From: an uncultured Clostridia bacterium
GTDB taxonomy: Bacteria; Bacillota; Clostridia; Christensenellales; Aristaeellaceae
Length of the DNA: 64,000 bases
Direction: 5' to 3'
Assembly: GCA_947166385.1 (NCBI GenBank)
Contig: CAMVEB010000017.1
Span: forward strand, 4,853 to 68,852
Below the pieces are notes generated by a model. The model was not told the origin of the DNA. It made no database searches and saw only the letters and a program-made list of their open reading frames with translations. The position numbers and the translations under genes are program-made. Positions 9,265 to 19,244 of this stretch are shown here, in pieces (position 1 is the stretch's first letter; each line of letters opens with the position of its first letter).

Positions 9265-11466
9265 ATGGAACCACTCAGACTGCCGGATCATCCGGCCGCA
9301 AAAGAAGAATACCTGCATCTCCAGCAAGCCTGCGACACGATTGACAGGGAAATCGGGGAAATGGAAGCCCTGACAGGCGCGAAAGCCGGGGGCGTCATGG
9401 ATGTCCGGATGAAGGAAGATCCCGATCAGCAGGAGGAAGTCACAATCCAGCTGTTCCGTGCCCAGCTGGATCGGCTGAGGCAGCTGAGCATGGCCTCGGC
9501 CCAGGCCTATTTTGCCCGACTGGATTTTATTCCGTCCGGGAGTGTCCCGGAAACCTGGTATCTGGGGCGCTGGAGCGTGCTGGATCCTGCCACGCTGAAT
9601 CCCGTGATCGTCGACTGGCGCTCCCCTGTCGCCAATCTCTATTACTCCGGTCAGATCGGAAAAATGGACTACACCGCCCCCGACGGACGCGTGGAGGGGG
9701 AACTGACGCTGAAGCGAATGCTGACCGTCTCCCAACGCCGGCTGATCAGCCTTTTTGACAGCGGCATCGTTTCCCAGGAAGCTTACCTGCAGGAGGTGCT
9801 GGGTAGCATTTCCACGGATCGGCTGCGGGAAATCGTAACCACCATTCAGGCCGAACAGAACATTGTCATCCGCCATCCCCTGAATGCTCATCTGCTGGTG
9901 CAGGGCGCTGCCGGCAGCGGAAAAACAACTATCGCGCTGCACCGGATCGCCTATCTGCTGTATACCTTTCAGAAAACGCTGAAGCCGGAAAACATGATGA
10001 TCCTGGCGCCCAATCCGCTTTTCCTTTCCTATATTTCCCAGGTCCTTCCGGACCTGGGCGTGGAGCGCGTTGTCCAGACCACCTTTGAGGGCTGGTGCCG
10101 CGAAGGGATGGGACGGCGCATGCCGAAAATCCTGCGGGACAGCCGGTTGGAGCGCAACCTGTCGCTGGCGGAAGCGGAGCGGCGGGAAGCAGGCAGCCTG
10201 CTCCGTCTGAAAGGATCCCTCGCCACGATGAAGAAACTGGAAAGCTATCTGGACCAGCTGCAGAAAGCCATCCTTCCGGAGAACGGTTTTAAGATGGCCG
10301 GTGTCACCCTGATGGACCGGGCCGAGCTGGAAAATGTCTTTCTCCGGGATCTTCGTTACTTCCCGCTGGAGCAGCGGATCGGCGAACTGAAAAAAATCAT
10401 CCGGAAAAGGGTGCAGGCTGCGGCAGCACTCCTGAAAGACCGCTATGCTGCCGGAGCGGAACAGATGGCAGACGGACTCAGGGCTTCCATGCGGGACGGC
10501 GAACAGCGCCGCCGGAAGATCTGTGATCTGTATGCGGTTCGCGATCAGCGGTACCGAGAAATTGATGCCCGGGCCGAAGCATATCTCAACGGTTATCGGG
10601 AAAAGTTCACACTGCCGGATCTGACCGGCCTTTATCGTGTCTTCCTGCGGGATGGCCTTCCCGAAGCCGGCCCGTTTCCGGAGAATACGGATCTGCGGCA
10701 GGAGGATCTGCCAATGCTGGTCATGATCTGCAAAGCGCTCTATGGGCTGAAAACAAAGCAGATGAAGCATATCGTCATCGATGAATGCCAGGATTTCTCC
10801 CCTTTCCAGATTGAGCTGTTGAAGCAGGCAAATCCCGCGGCTACTTTCACCCTGGTCGGGGATCTGTATCAGGGAATTCGTTCGGATGAAGGAATCAGAA
10901 GCTGGGAGGAATGGAAAGGGCCTGTTTTTGATCACCGTGCGGACCTGAAGCAGTTGACTGTCAGCTACCGGAATACCACGGAAATCATGTCCATGGCCCA
11001 GACCGTCGCAGCCAGGTATCCTATTGACGGGATCCGGGAAACCCGACCGGTCCTGCGCCATGGGGAACCCCCGCAGATCATCGGGGCGGAAAATGAAAAA
11101 GCGCGCCTGTCCATGATCCGGAATCAGGTCCGCGCCTGGCTGCAGGAGGGCTTCCACAGCATCGCGCTGATCGAAAAAACAGCCGATCAGGCGCGGAAGC
11201 TGTTCCGGCAGATCGGCCCGGATCTGGATGCTCATCTGCTGTCCGAGTCGGATTCCGAATACAGGGGCGGCGTGATGATTCTGCCGGCCGGGATCGCCAA
11301 AGGCATGGAATTCGACTGTGTCGGCATCTGCGATGCCTCTGCGGACAACTTCCCGGATGATGAGTTTCTCTGTCGGATTCTGTATGTGATCATGACCCGT
11401 CCGCTGCACCGCCTGTGCGTGTGGCACAGGGGAGCCCCCTCCCCAATGCTGCCGCAGCAGCGTTGA
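9265..11466 (+). CDS. helD: HelD-family RNA polymerase recycling ATPase (UvrD-like)
   Basis: 'YFARLDF', 'VDWRSPVANLYY', 'LREIVTTIQAEQN', 'VQGAAGSGKTTIALHRIAYLLY', 'IDECQD', 'AKGMEFD'. Confidence 0.85.
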   Translation: MEPLRLPDHPAAKEEYLHLQQACDTIDREIGEMEALTGAKAGGVMDVRMKEDPDQQEEVTIQLFRAQLDRLRQLSMASAQAYFARLDFIPSGSVPETWYLGRWSVLDPATLNPVIVDWRSPVANLYYSGQIGKMDYTAPDGRVEGELTLKRMLTVSQRRLISLFDSGIVSQEAYLQEVLGSISTDRLREIVTTIQAEQNIVIRHPLNAHLLVQGAAGSGKTTIALHRIAYLLYTFQKTLKPENMMILAPNPLFLSYISQVLPDLGVERVVQTTFEGWCREGMGRRMPKILRDSRLERNLSLAEAERREAGSLLRLKGSLATMKKLESYLDQLQKAILPENGFKMAGVTLMDRAELENVFLRDLRYFPLEQRIGELKKIIRKRVQAAAALLKDRYAAGAEQMADGLRASMRDGEQRRRKICDLYAVRDQRYREIDARAEAYLNGYREKFTLPDLTGLYRVFLRDGLPEAGPFPENTDLRQEDLPMLVMICKALYGLKTKQMKHIVIDECQDFSPFQIELLKQANPAATFTLVGDLYQGIRSDEGIRSWEEWKGPVFDHRADLKQLTVSYRNTTEIMSMAQTVAARYPIDGIRETRPVLRHGEPPQIIGAENEKARLSMIRNQVRAWLQEGFHSIALIEKTADQARKLFRQIGPDLDAHLLSESDSEYRGGVMILPAGIAKGMEFDCVGICDASADNFPDDEFLCRILYVIMTRPLHRLCVWHRGAPSPMLPQQR

Positions 11467-11483
11467 TCCTTCTCTGTGCCCCT

Positions 11484-12230
11484 TTACAGCACAATGGCGC
11501 CGGCGAGCAGCAGCAGGCAGAACACTACTGTTCCAAGGTCCACGTAAGAGAAGGGATACCGTTTATATCCGGATGTCCGGGTGCGCAGGTGGAATCCGCG
11601 CACCTCCGCCGCCGCGGCAGTCTGGTCCGTCCGGCGGACGGAGGAAATCAGCAGCGGCGCGCACAGCGGCAGCATCATCGACAGTTTTTTCAGTCCTTTT
11701 GCCTTGTCAAACGCCACGCCCCGGGCCGTCTGCGCCTCCATGATCTCCGCCATTTCCTCCAGGAACTGGGGAATAAAGCGGATGGCTGTGGAAAGGGTAA
11801 AAGCGTAGGGATACGGCACATGCAGCACCTGCACCAGCGCGTTGGTCAGATCGCTGATCCGCGTCACAGCCAGCACCAGTGCCAGCGGCATGCAAACCAC
11901 AACCAGACGGAGGACCACTTTTCCTGCGGTCAGCAGGCCCTGATCCGTAATAATCCAGAACACAGGGGTTCCTTTTCTCGTCAGCAGCACCTGCAGCAGG
12001 AACAGGAAAACCGCGATTTTCAGCAGCCCCCGGAAGATGTTCCATGTCCGGTCAGCCACCCCAGCGATAATGCCGATCAGCATATCTACCGCCAGCAGAC
12101 CGACCAGGAACAACAGCCGGTCTGTGATGAAAGCCGCCGCGCAGATGATAATCGTCAGGAATATTTTCGTGATGGGATTCAGCCGGTGGATCAGAGAATT
12201 CCCCGGCACATACTGAAACAGATTATTCAT
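11484..12230 (-). CDS. ecfT: ECF transporter transmembrane T component
   Basis: 'SLIHRLNPITK', 'AIRFIPQF', 'AQTARG', 'AEVRGF' (conserved Arg motifs). Confidence 0.9.
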   Translation of the reverse strand: MNNLFQYVPGNSLIHRLNPITKIFLTIIICAAAFITDRLLFLVGLLAVDMLIGIIAGVADRTWNIFRGLLKIAVFLFLLQVLLTRKGTPVFWIITDQGLLTAGKVVLRLVVVCMPLALVLAVTRISDLTNALVQVLHVPYPYAFTLSTAIRFIPQFLEEMAEIMEAQTARGVAFDKAKGLKKLSMMLPLCAPLLISSVRRTDQTAAAAEVRGFHLRTRTSGYKRYPFSYVDLGTVVFCLLLLAGAIVL

Positions 12231-13053
12231 GCGGCACGCTCCTCTTCTTCCTGCGGGCCATTACAGCTTCCGCCATGGCTTCCGGGGTGCAGGCGTTTTC
12301 AAATCCGTCTCCGAGCCTCATCCCCAGGCCGATCATCTGGGGCGGCAGGACAGAGGCCTTCTCCAGCAGTTCCGCATCCCGGAATATTCCCGGCACCGGT
12401 CCGTCCGCCAGCAGCTGTCCGCCGGCCATGATCAGCGCCCGGTGTGCGTAATCCAGCACCACTTCCATGTCATGGCACACCATGATTACGGTAACCTGTT
12501 TTTCCTCGTTCATCCGGCGGATCCGGTTCATAATATGGCAGCACTCCCGATAATCCAGGCCTGTGGTGGGTTCGTCCAGGATCAGGATTTCCGGTTCAAC
12601 TGCCAGGATGGAAGCCAGAGCCACCAGCTGCCGCTGTCCCCGGCTGAGAGAGAAAGGCTCTTCCTCTCCCGTAAAGGAGAATTCCTTCAATACTTCTTCC
12701 GTTCTGGCCTGCAGGGCTTCCTCCCCTTCTCCGCCGCAGACCGTTCTCAGTCCGAACAGAATTTCCTCTCGAACGGAGTTCCTGCAGATCTGCCGGTCGG
12801 GATTCTGGAACAGGAAACCGACCTTTCGCGCGCGTTCGCTGACCTGGCTCGTCGCGGCGTCTGCATCGTCGATCAGCACCTGGCCGGAGGTGGGTTTCAG
12901 CAGTCCGTCCAGCAGGCGCACCGTGGTGGTTTTCCCGGCGCCGTTCGCGCCCAGAATCGCGGCAAACTCACCCTTCTCAAGCCGGAAGGAAAGATCGCGC
13001 ACGGAAGGCTGATGATCCTTGTAGGCAAAACTGACATGTTTCATCTCAATCAT
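12223..13053 (-). CDS. ecfA: ECF transporter ATPase (A' component)
   Basis: 'GANGAGKTT', 'FQNPDRQI', 'LSRGQRQ', 'LDEPTTGLD'; true start ATG 13053 coupled to upstream stop. Confidence 0.9.
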   Translation of the reverse strand: MIEMKHVSFAYKDHQPSVRDLSFRLEKGEFAAILGANGAGKTTTVRLLDGLLKPTSGQVLIDDADAATSQVSERARKVGFLFQNPDRQICRNSVREEILFGLRTVCGGEGEEALQARTEEVLKEFSFTGEEEPFSLSRGQRQLVALASILAVEPEILILDEPTTGLDYRECCHIMNRIRRMNEEKQVTVIMVCHDMEVVLDYAHRALIMAGGQLLADGPVPGIFRDAELLEKASVLPPQMIGLGMRLGDGFENACTPEAMAEAVMARRKKRSVPHE

Positions 13054-13889
13054 GGAATCAGCCTCCTGATCATGGCTTCCGCCTCTTCCGTATTGATGCA
13101 CACCGGCTGTTCTTCCCCGGTCCGGGCGGAAAGAATCCGACTCAGGGTAGTCACCCGGGGACAGTTCACCCCGAGTTCCTGCAGTTCCTCCGCACGGGCC
13201 AGTACTTCCCGTGTTTCTCCCTGCCGGACGATGCGGCCTTCGCTGAGCACCGCCAGCTGTTTCGTGAATTCGCACAGCAGCATGATTTTCTGCTCGATCA
13301 GCACAATGGTGATACCCTGTTCTTCATTCAGTACCTTCAGCAGGCTGAAGACCTGCCGGCTGCTTCGGGGATCCAGTTCCCCGGTCGGTTCATCCAGCAC
13401 CAGGATCCGGGGTTTCAGCGCGATGATGGATGCGATGGCCACTTTCTGCCGTTGTCCTCCGGAAAGCGAGGCAATGCTTCTCTCCCGCAGTTCGGAAATG
13501 CCGACGCTTTGCAGCGCTTCCTCTATCCGGGCAGGTATTTCCTCCCGGGATACGCCGAAGTTTTCCAGTCCGTACAGCAGTTCATCTTCCACCATCGGGG
13601 AGATGATCTGGCTTTCCACATCCTGGAACACCATCCCAACCAGGCGGGACAGATCATTGATGGATGTGTCCACGGTGTCCAGTCCTTTCACTCTTGCGCT
13701 TCCGTAGAAATTGCCCGGATAATGATGGGGAATCATCCCGGTCAGGACCCGGGCTAGCGTGGTTTTCCCCGCGCCGGCCGGGCCGATAATCCCCAGGAAT
13801 CCCCCTTCCGGAACGGACAGGTTGATTTCCTGCAGGGCAGGTTTTTTTTCTCCCTTGTAGGTAAAGGATAAATCCTGTATCTGGATCAT
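13050..13889 (-). CDS. ecfA: ECF transporter ATPase (A component)
   Basis: 'GPAGAGKTT', 'VFQDVESQI', 'LSGGQRQK', 'LDEPTGELD'. Confidence 0.9.
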   Translation of the reverse strand: MIQIQDLSFTYKGEKKPALQEINLSVPEGGFLGIIGPAGAGKTTLARVLTGMIPHHYPGNFYGSARVKGLDTVDTSINDLSRLVGMVFQDVESQIISPMVEDELLYGLENFGVSREEIPARIEEALQSVGISELRERSIASLSGGQRQKVAIASIIALKPRILVLDEPTGELDPRSSRQVFSLLKVLNEEQGITIVLIEQKIMLLCEFTKQLAVLSEGRIVRQGETREVLARAEELQELGVNCPRVTTLSRILSARTGEEQPVCINTEEAEAMIRRLIP

Positions 13890-13919
13890 GAGGCAAGGCT
13901 CCTTCCCATGTCAGATCGG

Positions 13920-14459
13920 TCAGCGGTTCAGAACTTTCTTCAGCGGCAGGTACAGCAGCTGCACCAGTACGCTGCCGATCGCGGCGGTTCCCAGGACGAT
14001 CGGGATATAGGCGACCAGGCCGCTGGTTTCCATATGCATGAACAGGAACAGGCAGACCACAAAGCTCCCGCCTGAAATGACAGTGGAAACAAAGGTGGAC
14101 AGCAGGGGGTTCAGATCCATCTTTTTGAATTGAAGCGGCACTTTCATCATGAAGAACATGGCCACAGCGCCCAGCAGTTCCGAGATGAAATTCAGCCACG
14201 GTGTTCCCGGCAGAAACTGGCAGATTGCCCCTGCCAGGATCCCGATAATCGCGCATCCGGGAAGCTTCGGTTTCACCAGAAGAATGGCGAGGCAATAGGA
14301 CGCGATGATGAAATTCGGTTTCATCCCGAAGAAGTTGACAACACTGCCGACAAACATTTTGAGCACCGCGCCGGCTGCCAGCAGCACCGCCACAATGATC
14401 AGATCCTGAACGGAAAATCCTTTGGTTCCTTCTGTTTTGACAAGTCTCTTCTCTGCCAT
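13920..14459 (-). CDS. trpP: ECF S component, TrpP (tryptophan transporter)-like
   Basis: 179 aa hydrophobic; 'GMKPNFII...IIGILAGAICQFLPGTPWLNFISELLG' resembles Bacillus TrpP/YhaG 'GMKPDMM...VIGIVTGIISAL...GQIPNIIDK'; lies under a Trp T-box. Confidence 0.7.
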   Translation of the reverse strand: MAEKRLVKTEGTKGFSVQDLIIVAVLLAAGAVLKMFVGSVVNFFGMKPNFIIASYCLAILLVKPKLPGCAIIGILAGAICQFLPGTPWLNFISELLGAVAMFFMMKVPLQFKKMDLNPLLSTFVSTVISGGSFVVCLFLFMHMETSGLVAYIPIVLGTAAIGSVLVQLLYLPLKKVLNR

Positions 14460-14507
14460 GAGTTTTCATTCCTTTCTTCTTTCTGTATTGATTTCTGTGT
14501 TTCTGTT

Positions 14508-15650
14508 TCAGGCCAGCTCCGAATAGCTGCCCAGATAGGAGAACTGTTCCAGGGTAACATCCAGTTCCTCGATCAGCCGCGTAAAAGCTGGAGAATAAAC
14601 GGATGCGTCAATATCGAAATAGAACATAAACTCAAAATCCCTTCCCGGCATGGGACGGCTTTCCAGCTTGGTCAGGTTAATCCCCTGGGCATTGAACCTT
14701 CCCAGCAGCTGGTACAGGGAACCGGGACGGTTGGGCAGCACCAGCATCAGGCTGGTATGGTCCGCCCCGGGATAGATTTCCGGCTGCCTGGCAATACAGA
14801 TAAACCGCGTGTGGTTATTGCTGTTGTTCTGGATTTCCGTCTCCAGAATATTCAGTCCGTACAGCGGCGCGCAGGCGGCGGAGGAAATGGCCGCCGCGTC
14901 ATTCCGACCGTTCCCGGCGATCATCTGAGCCGCGGCTGCCGTATTGCGGCAGATGTTGACCTGCCAGCTGCTGTGGGCTTCCAGGTAACGCGAACATTGT
15001 TGAATCGCCTGCTCATGAGAATAAATTTCCCGAATATCTTCGGGGCGTACCCCTGGCCGGGCCATCAGGGTATGATCAATCTTGACCCGGACGGAGCGAA
15101 CGATGTAGAAGCGCCTGCTGATCATCTGGTCATAAACGCTGTTCACAGAACCCGCCAGGCTGTTCTCAATCGGCAGGATGCCATAGCGGCACAGTCCCTG
15201 ATCGATCGCGTTGAAGACGCTTTCAAAATCCCTGCAGTATAGAATCGACGGGGAGGAAAAGATTTTCTCACACGCCTTCTGGGAGTAAGCGCCCTCCACG
15301 CCCTGGCAGGCTACAGTCGCCTTGCCGGGAAAGAGCTCTGACGTTTCCCGGAGCGCGGCCCGGATCTGCTTCCCAAGGGGGCTTTCCGGCCGACCGTCCA
15401 GCATCTGGCTGGTGCGGCTCTGCGCCATCAGGAATCCGAACAGAGCACGGACTCCGTTCTCGTGTTCCGCTCCCGCCTTTTCCCCGACCCGGTTCAGAAG
15501 ATTTCTCTCCCGTTCGGAGTCCAGCACCGGAATCCCATGCTCCCGTTTATAGCAGCCGACCTGCCTGGTCAGTTCCATCCGTTCGCTGTAAAGACGGACC
15601 AGTTCGTCATCCACCCGGTCTATTTCCGTACGCAGTTCCTGAATATCCAT
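14508..15650 (-). CDS. pheA: Bifunctional chorismate mutase / prephenate dehydratase
   Basis: CM2 'LRTEIDRVDDELVRL'; PDT 'QGVEGAYS', 'LPIENSLAGSV', 'SHEQAIQQC', 'NHTRF'; ACT 'PGSL...INLTKLESRP'; start ATG 15650. Confidence 0.93.
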   Translation of the reverse strand: MDIQELRTEIDRVDDELVRLYSERMELTRQVGCYKREHGIPVLDSERERNLLNRVGEKAGAEHENGVRALFGFLMAQSRTSQMLDGRPESPLGKQIRAALRETSELFPGKATVACQGVEGAYSQKACEKIFSSPSILYCRDFESVFNAIDQGLCRYGILPIENSLAGSVNSVYDQMISRRFYIVRSVRVKIDHTLMARPGVRPEDIREIYSHEQAIQQCSRYLEAHSSWQVNICRNTAAAAQMIAGNGRNDAAAISSAACAPLYGLNILETEIQNNSNNHTRFICIARQPEIYPGADHTSLMLVLPNRPGSLYQLLGRFNAQGINLTKLESRPMPGRDFEFMFYFDIDASVYSPAFTRLIEELDVTLEQFSYLGSYSELA

Positions 15651-15798
15651 TCCATGCTCCCCCAATTTCATTCTTTTCCGATTTCCGGTCAATTTCCGTT
15701 GCGCCATCGTGTTTTCAGGCGGATTCTCCCAAGAGGCAGTTCCCTGTATGCCATCTGTCCGGCTCCTTTCGGATCATTCTGTCTCCTCTCCGGAACAG

Positions 15799-16066
15799 AA
15801 AAAACCTGTCCCGGCAATTTTGCTGGGACAGGCTGATTCTGATCATACCTGCGGTGCCACCCGGCTTGACGCTTGCGCGCCCTCTCACTGCGTACTGCAT
15901 ACGCGGACCTTTGATGACGGAGGGTCATCTCCGTCTCACATACTCGGCCATGCCTTTCTGCTCGCCCTCAGAAGTCCATTCCCTTTCCGGTTCCTGCCGC
16001 CTTCCACCGCCCGGCGGCTCTCTGTAAAGGATACCCGGAAAAGTACTCACTCTTCCTCAACGGTTT
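15799..16066 (-). ncRNA. T-box riboswitch, tryptophan specifier (UGG)
   Basis: Minus strand: AGUA, ACAGAGAG and GGUGGAA boxes; GAA-UGG-A-CUUC-UGA (specifier = + strand 15976-78); antiterminator GGG-UGGC-ACC-GC (15851-62); terminator CCTGTCCCAGCAAAATTGCCGGGACAGG-TTTTTT (15799-15832). Confidence 0.9.
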
Positions 16067-16071
16067 ATCGA

Positions 16072-16100
16072 ATCGTATCACATTCTTCAGGTCTTTGCAA
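16072..16100 (-). promoter_or_regulatory. Sigma-A promoter of the T-box/pheA/ECF operon
   Basis: TTGCAA (16095-100), 17 nt, TG-n-TACGAT (16072-77) on the minus strand. Confidence 0.7.
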
Positions 16101-16146
16101 TAGCTTTTTCCATCCGGATTGTTTTTACGCTGTATTCAGTATTCCC

Positions 16147-17754
16147 TTATTTTCCCAGCGTTTTCAAAGCTGCCCGGATGAACCCGACAAATAACGGATG
16201 CGGCTTGTTCGGGCGGCTCTTGAACTCCGGATGGAACTGTACCCCGACAAAAAAGTCTTCTCCCGGAATCTCCACAGTTTCCACCAGGTGTCCGTCCGGT
16301 GACCGCCCGCTGAGCTTCAGTCCGGCCTGTTCCAGTACTTCCCTGTATTCATTGGCAAATTCGTAGCGGTGACGGTGCCGTTCACTGATTTCCGTTTTTC
16401 CGTAGCACCGGGCAATCACGGTTCCCTCTTCCAGTCTGCAGGGATACTTCCCGAGCCGCAGCGTTCCTCCCTTATCAATCTCTTCATGCTGACCCGGCAT
16501 GAAATGAATCACCTGATCCGGAGCGTCGGGATCAAACTCATGAGAGTTAGCGCCGGTCAGTCCGGCCTTGTTCCGGGCAAATTCGATCACGGCGATCTGC
16601 ATCCCCAGGCAAATCCCGAAATACGGAATATGGTGTTCCCGGGCATACCGCGCCGTCTCCACCATGCCTTCGATTCCCCGCCCGCCGAAACCGCCTGGAA
16701 CGATAATCCCCTGGATTCCGGTCATCCGGCTATCGATGTTGTCCGCTGTCAGCGTCACCGAGTCAATCCAGTCGATTTCCACCTTGGCATCCAGCGCGTA
16801 TCCGGCGTGCCGCAGCGCCTCCGCCACGGACAGATAAGCATCATGCAGCTGCACATACTTGCCCACAAGGCCGATTTTCACCGTGTGGTTCTGGTGGCGG
16901 ACCCGCTCCACCATTTCCCGCCATTCCGTCAGGTCTGGTTCCGGGGTTTCCAGTCCCAGTTCCCGGCAGACGATCCCGGACAGATGGGCTTCTTCCAGCA
17001 TCAGCGGCGCGGCGTACAGAATCGGAAGCGTCACATTTTCGATCACGCAGTCGGGTTTCACATTGCAGAAATGGGCAATCTTGTTGAAAATCGACGGATC
17101 CTCGATCTTCTCGTCCGTCCGCAGGACAATGATATTCGGGGTAATCCCCATGCCCTGCATTTCCTTCACGGAATGCTGCGTAGGCTTTGATTTATGTTCC
17201 CCGCTGGCTTTCAGGTACGGCACCAGCGTCACGTGTACATACAGCGCATTTCCGCGGCCGGCTTCCAGCCCGACTTGGCGGATGGCTTCAATAAACGGCT
17301 GGCTTTCAATATCGCCGATCGTTCCGCCGATCTCCGTAATGACCACATCGGCGTCCGTCTTCTCGCCCACCCGGTAAATGAAACGTTTAATCTCATCCGT
17401 CACGTGGGGAATGATCTGTACAGTGGAACCAAGATATCCGCCCTGCCGCTCCTTCTGCAGCACGTTGGAGAATACTTTCCCGGTTGTCAGGTTGGAGTAT
17501 TTGTTCAGATCCTCGTCAATAAAACGTTCATAGTGCCCCAGGTCAAGGTCGGTTTCCGCGCCGTCCTCAGTCACGTAGACTTCCCCGTGCTGGTAGGGGC
17601 TCATGGTTCCGGGATCCACATTAATGTAAGGATCCAGTTTCTGTGCCGCCACCTTCAGACCCCGGGCTTTCAGCAGCCGGCCCAGAGACGCCGCTGTGAT
17701 CCCTTTCCCCAGTCCGGAGACCACGCCCCCGGTCACAAAAATATACTTCGGCAT
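16147..17754 (-). CDS. pyrG: CTP synthase
   Basis: '[18 protein letters not shown]', '[15 protein letters not shown]', 'GICLGMQ', 'VQFHPEF'; start ATG 17754. Confidence 0.97.
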   Translation of the reverse strand: MPKYIFVTGGVVSGLGKGITAASLGRLLKARGLKVAAQKLDPYINVDPGTMSPYQHGEVYVTEDGAETDLDLGHYERFIDEDLNKYSNLTTGKVFSNVLQKERQGGYLGSTVQIIPHVTDEIKRFIYRVGEKTDADVVITEIGGTIGDIESQPFIEAIRQVGLEAGRGNALYVHVTLVPYLKASGEHKSKPTQHSVKEMQGMGITPNIIVLRTDEKIEDPSIFNKIAHFCNVKPDCVIENVTLPILYAAPLMLEEAHLSGIVCRELGLETPEPDLTEWREMVERVRHQNHTVKIGLVGKYVQLHDAYLSVAEALRHAGYALDAKVEIDWIDSVTLTADNIDSRMTGIQGIIVPGGFGGRGIEGMVETARYAREHHIPYFGICLGMQIAVIEFARNKAGLTGANSHEFDPDAPDQVIHFMPGQHEEIDKGGTLRLGKYPCRLEEGTVIARCYGKTEISERHRHRYEFANEYREVLEQAGLKLSGRSPDGHLVETVEIPGEDFFVGVQFHPEFKSRPNKPHPLFVGFIRAALKTLGK

Positions 17755-17805
17755 ACGGTTCAGCTCCTTCTCTTTTCCGGAAAATCCCGCCTGCATCCCG
17801 GCGGT

Positions 17806-19221
17806 TTACAGATCAATCTCAGTGCTCTCCCCGGATGCGTCCTTCAGCAGGGGGCTAACCCGGTCGAGGAATCGGGTCACCTGCTCCGCACACCGGCCGA
17901 TGTACAGCTTCGGATCCAGGATCTTTTCCATTTCCTCTTCCGAAAGCCCGAATTCCTTTTCCGCCGCCAGCCGCGCCAGCAGGTCGCATTCCCGTCCTTC
18001 GTTCATTCCCGCGGTGGCTTCCATGGAGCAGCGGCGGATGATCTCATGCAGTTCCTGTCGGTTACCGCCCCGTTTGACGGCTTCCATCAGCAGATTTTCG
18101 GTCGCCAGGAACGGCAGGTACTCCCGGATGGTTTTCTCCACGATTTTGTCATTCACCCGCAGTCCGTCCGTCACGTTCTGCGTCAGCCGCAGGATCGCGT
18201 CCGCGCACAGGAACCCTTCCGGCATGGAAATCCGTCGGTTCGCCGAATCGTCCAGCGTCCGCTCCAGCCACTGCGCGGAAGCTGTCAGCGGTGCGTTCAA
18301 GGCATCCGTCATCAGATAGCGGGACAGGGAACAGATCCGTTCGCACCGCATGGGATTCCGCTTATAGGCCATAGCTGAGGAGCCGATCTGGTTTTTCTCA
18401 AAAGGCTCCGCCAGCTGACGGTCATGCTGCAGCAGGCGGATATCATTGGCCATGCGGTATGCGCTCTGGGCGATGGAGGACAAGGCGTTCTGAATGCGGC
18501 TGTCCGTTTTCCGGGGGTAGGTCTGCCCGCACACATCGTAGCAGGCGGAAAACCCGAAAGCGGATGCCAGGGCCCGATTCATCTCATCGATTTTCCCGCC
18601 GTCTCCGTCAAACAGATCCAGAAAACTGGCTTCTGTTCCCGTTGTTCCCCGGCAACCGAGAAAGCAGATATTCTCCAGCACGAAATCAATTTCAGTCAGA
18701 TCCGCCAGAAAATCCTGCATCCAGAGAGTGGCTCGCTTCCCGATGGTCACCGGCTGGGCCGGCTGGTAATGGGTATAACCCAGCGTCGGCATGTCTTTGT
18801 ACTGCGCCGCAAATTTTGCCAGATGGGCCAGTACGTTGAGCAGTTCCCCCCTCAGGTATCGCAGTCCGTCCCGGTACAGGATCAGATCCGCGTTGTCCGT
18901 CACGTAGCAGCTGGTTGCACCAAGATGAATGATTCCCGCCGCGGAAGGCGCTGCCTTCCCATAAGTGTACACATGCGCCATCACGTCGTGACGAACTTCC
19001 TTTTCCCGTTGGCGTACGCATTCATAGTCAATATCTGTCTGATGGGCTTCCAGCTCTGCCACCTGCGCTTCCGTAATCGGAAGCCCGAGCCGGCTCTCCT
19101 CCCTGGCCAGGGCTGTCCAGAGCTTCCGCCAGGTCTGGTACCGGCTGTCCGGCGAGAACAGATGCAGCATATACTCCGAGGCGTATCGGGAAGCCAGAGG
19201 GGATTCATATCGGTCTGTCAT
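17806..19221 (-). CDS. purB: Adenylosuccinate lyase
   Basis: 'RYESPLASRY', 'IIHLGATSCYV', 'GSSAMAYKRNPM' signature; start ATG 19221. Confidence 0.95.
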   Translation of the reverse strand: MTDRYESPLASRYASEYMLHLFSPDSRYQTWRKLWTALAREESRLGLPITEAQVAELEAHQTDIDYECVRQREKEVRHDVMAHVYTYGKAAPSAAGIIHLGATSCYVTDNADLILYRDGLRYLRGELLNVLAHLAKFAAQYKDMPTLGYTHYQPAQPVTIGKRATLWMQDFLADLTEIDFVLENICFLGCRGTTGTEASFLDLFDGDGGKIDEMNRALASAFGFSACYDVCGQTYPRKTDSRIQNALSSIAQSAYRMANDIRLLQHDRQLAEPFEKNQIGSSAMAYKRNPMRCERICSLSRYLMTDALNAPLTASAQWLERTLDDSANRRISMPEGFLCADAILRLTQNVTDGLRVNDKIVEKTIREYLPFLATENLLMEAVKRGGNRQELHEIIRRCSMEATAGMNEGRECDLLARLAAEKEFGLSEEEMEKILDPKLYIGRCAEQVTRFLDRVSPLLKDASGESTEIDL

Positions 19222-19244
19222 TTCTTCATTCCTCCGGATCTTTT

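Noticed and set aside
9190-11427. 745-aa minus-strand ORF (also 33344..35086, 40172..41962, 21388..22902, 3650..5113 and similar)
   Set aside because: Each lies exactly antisense to a clearly recognisable gene (helD, asnB, DUF2264, glmS, AGCS) and lacks motifs.
15971-15974. UUC (Phe) as the T-box specifier, which would fit pheA
   Set aside because: CUUC(U) pairs with GGAAG at the base of stem I. UGG occupies the GAA-NNN-A position, and the UGGC bulge fits G73 of tRNA-Trp.
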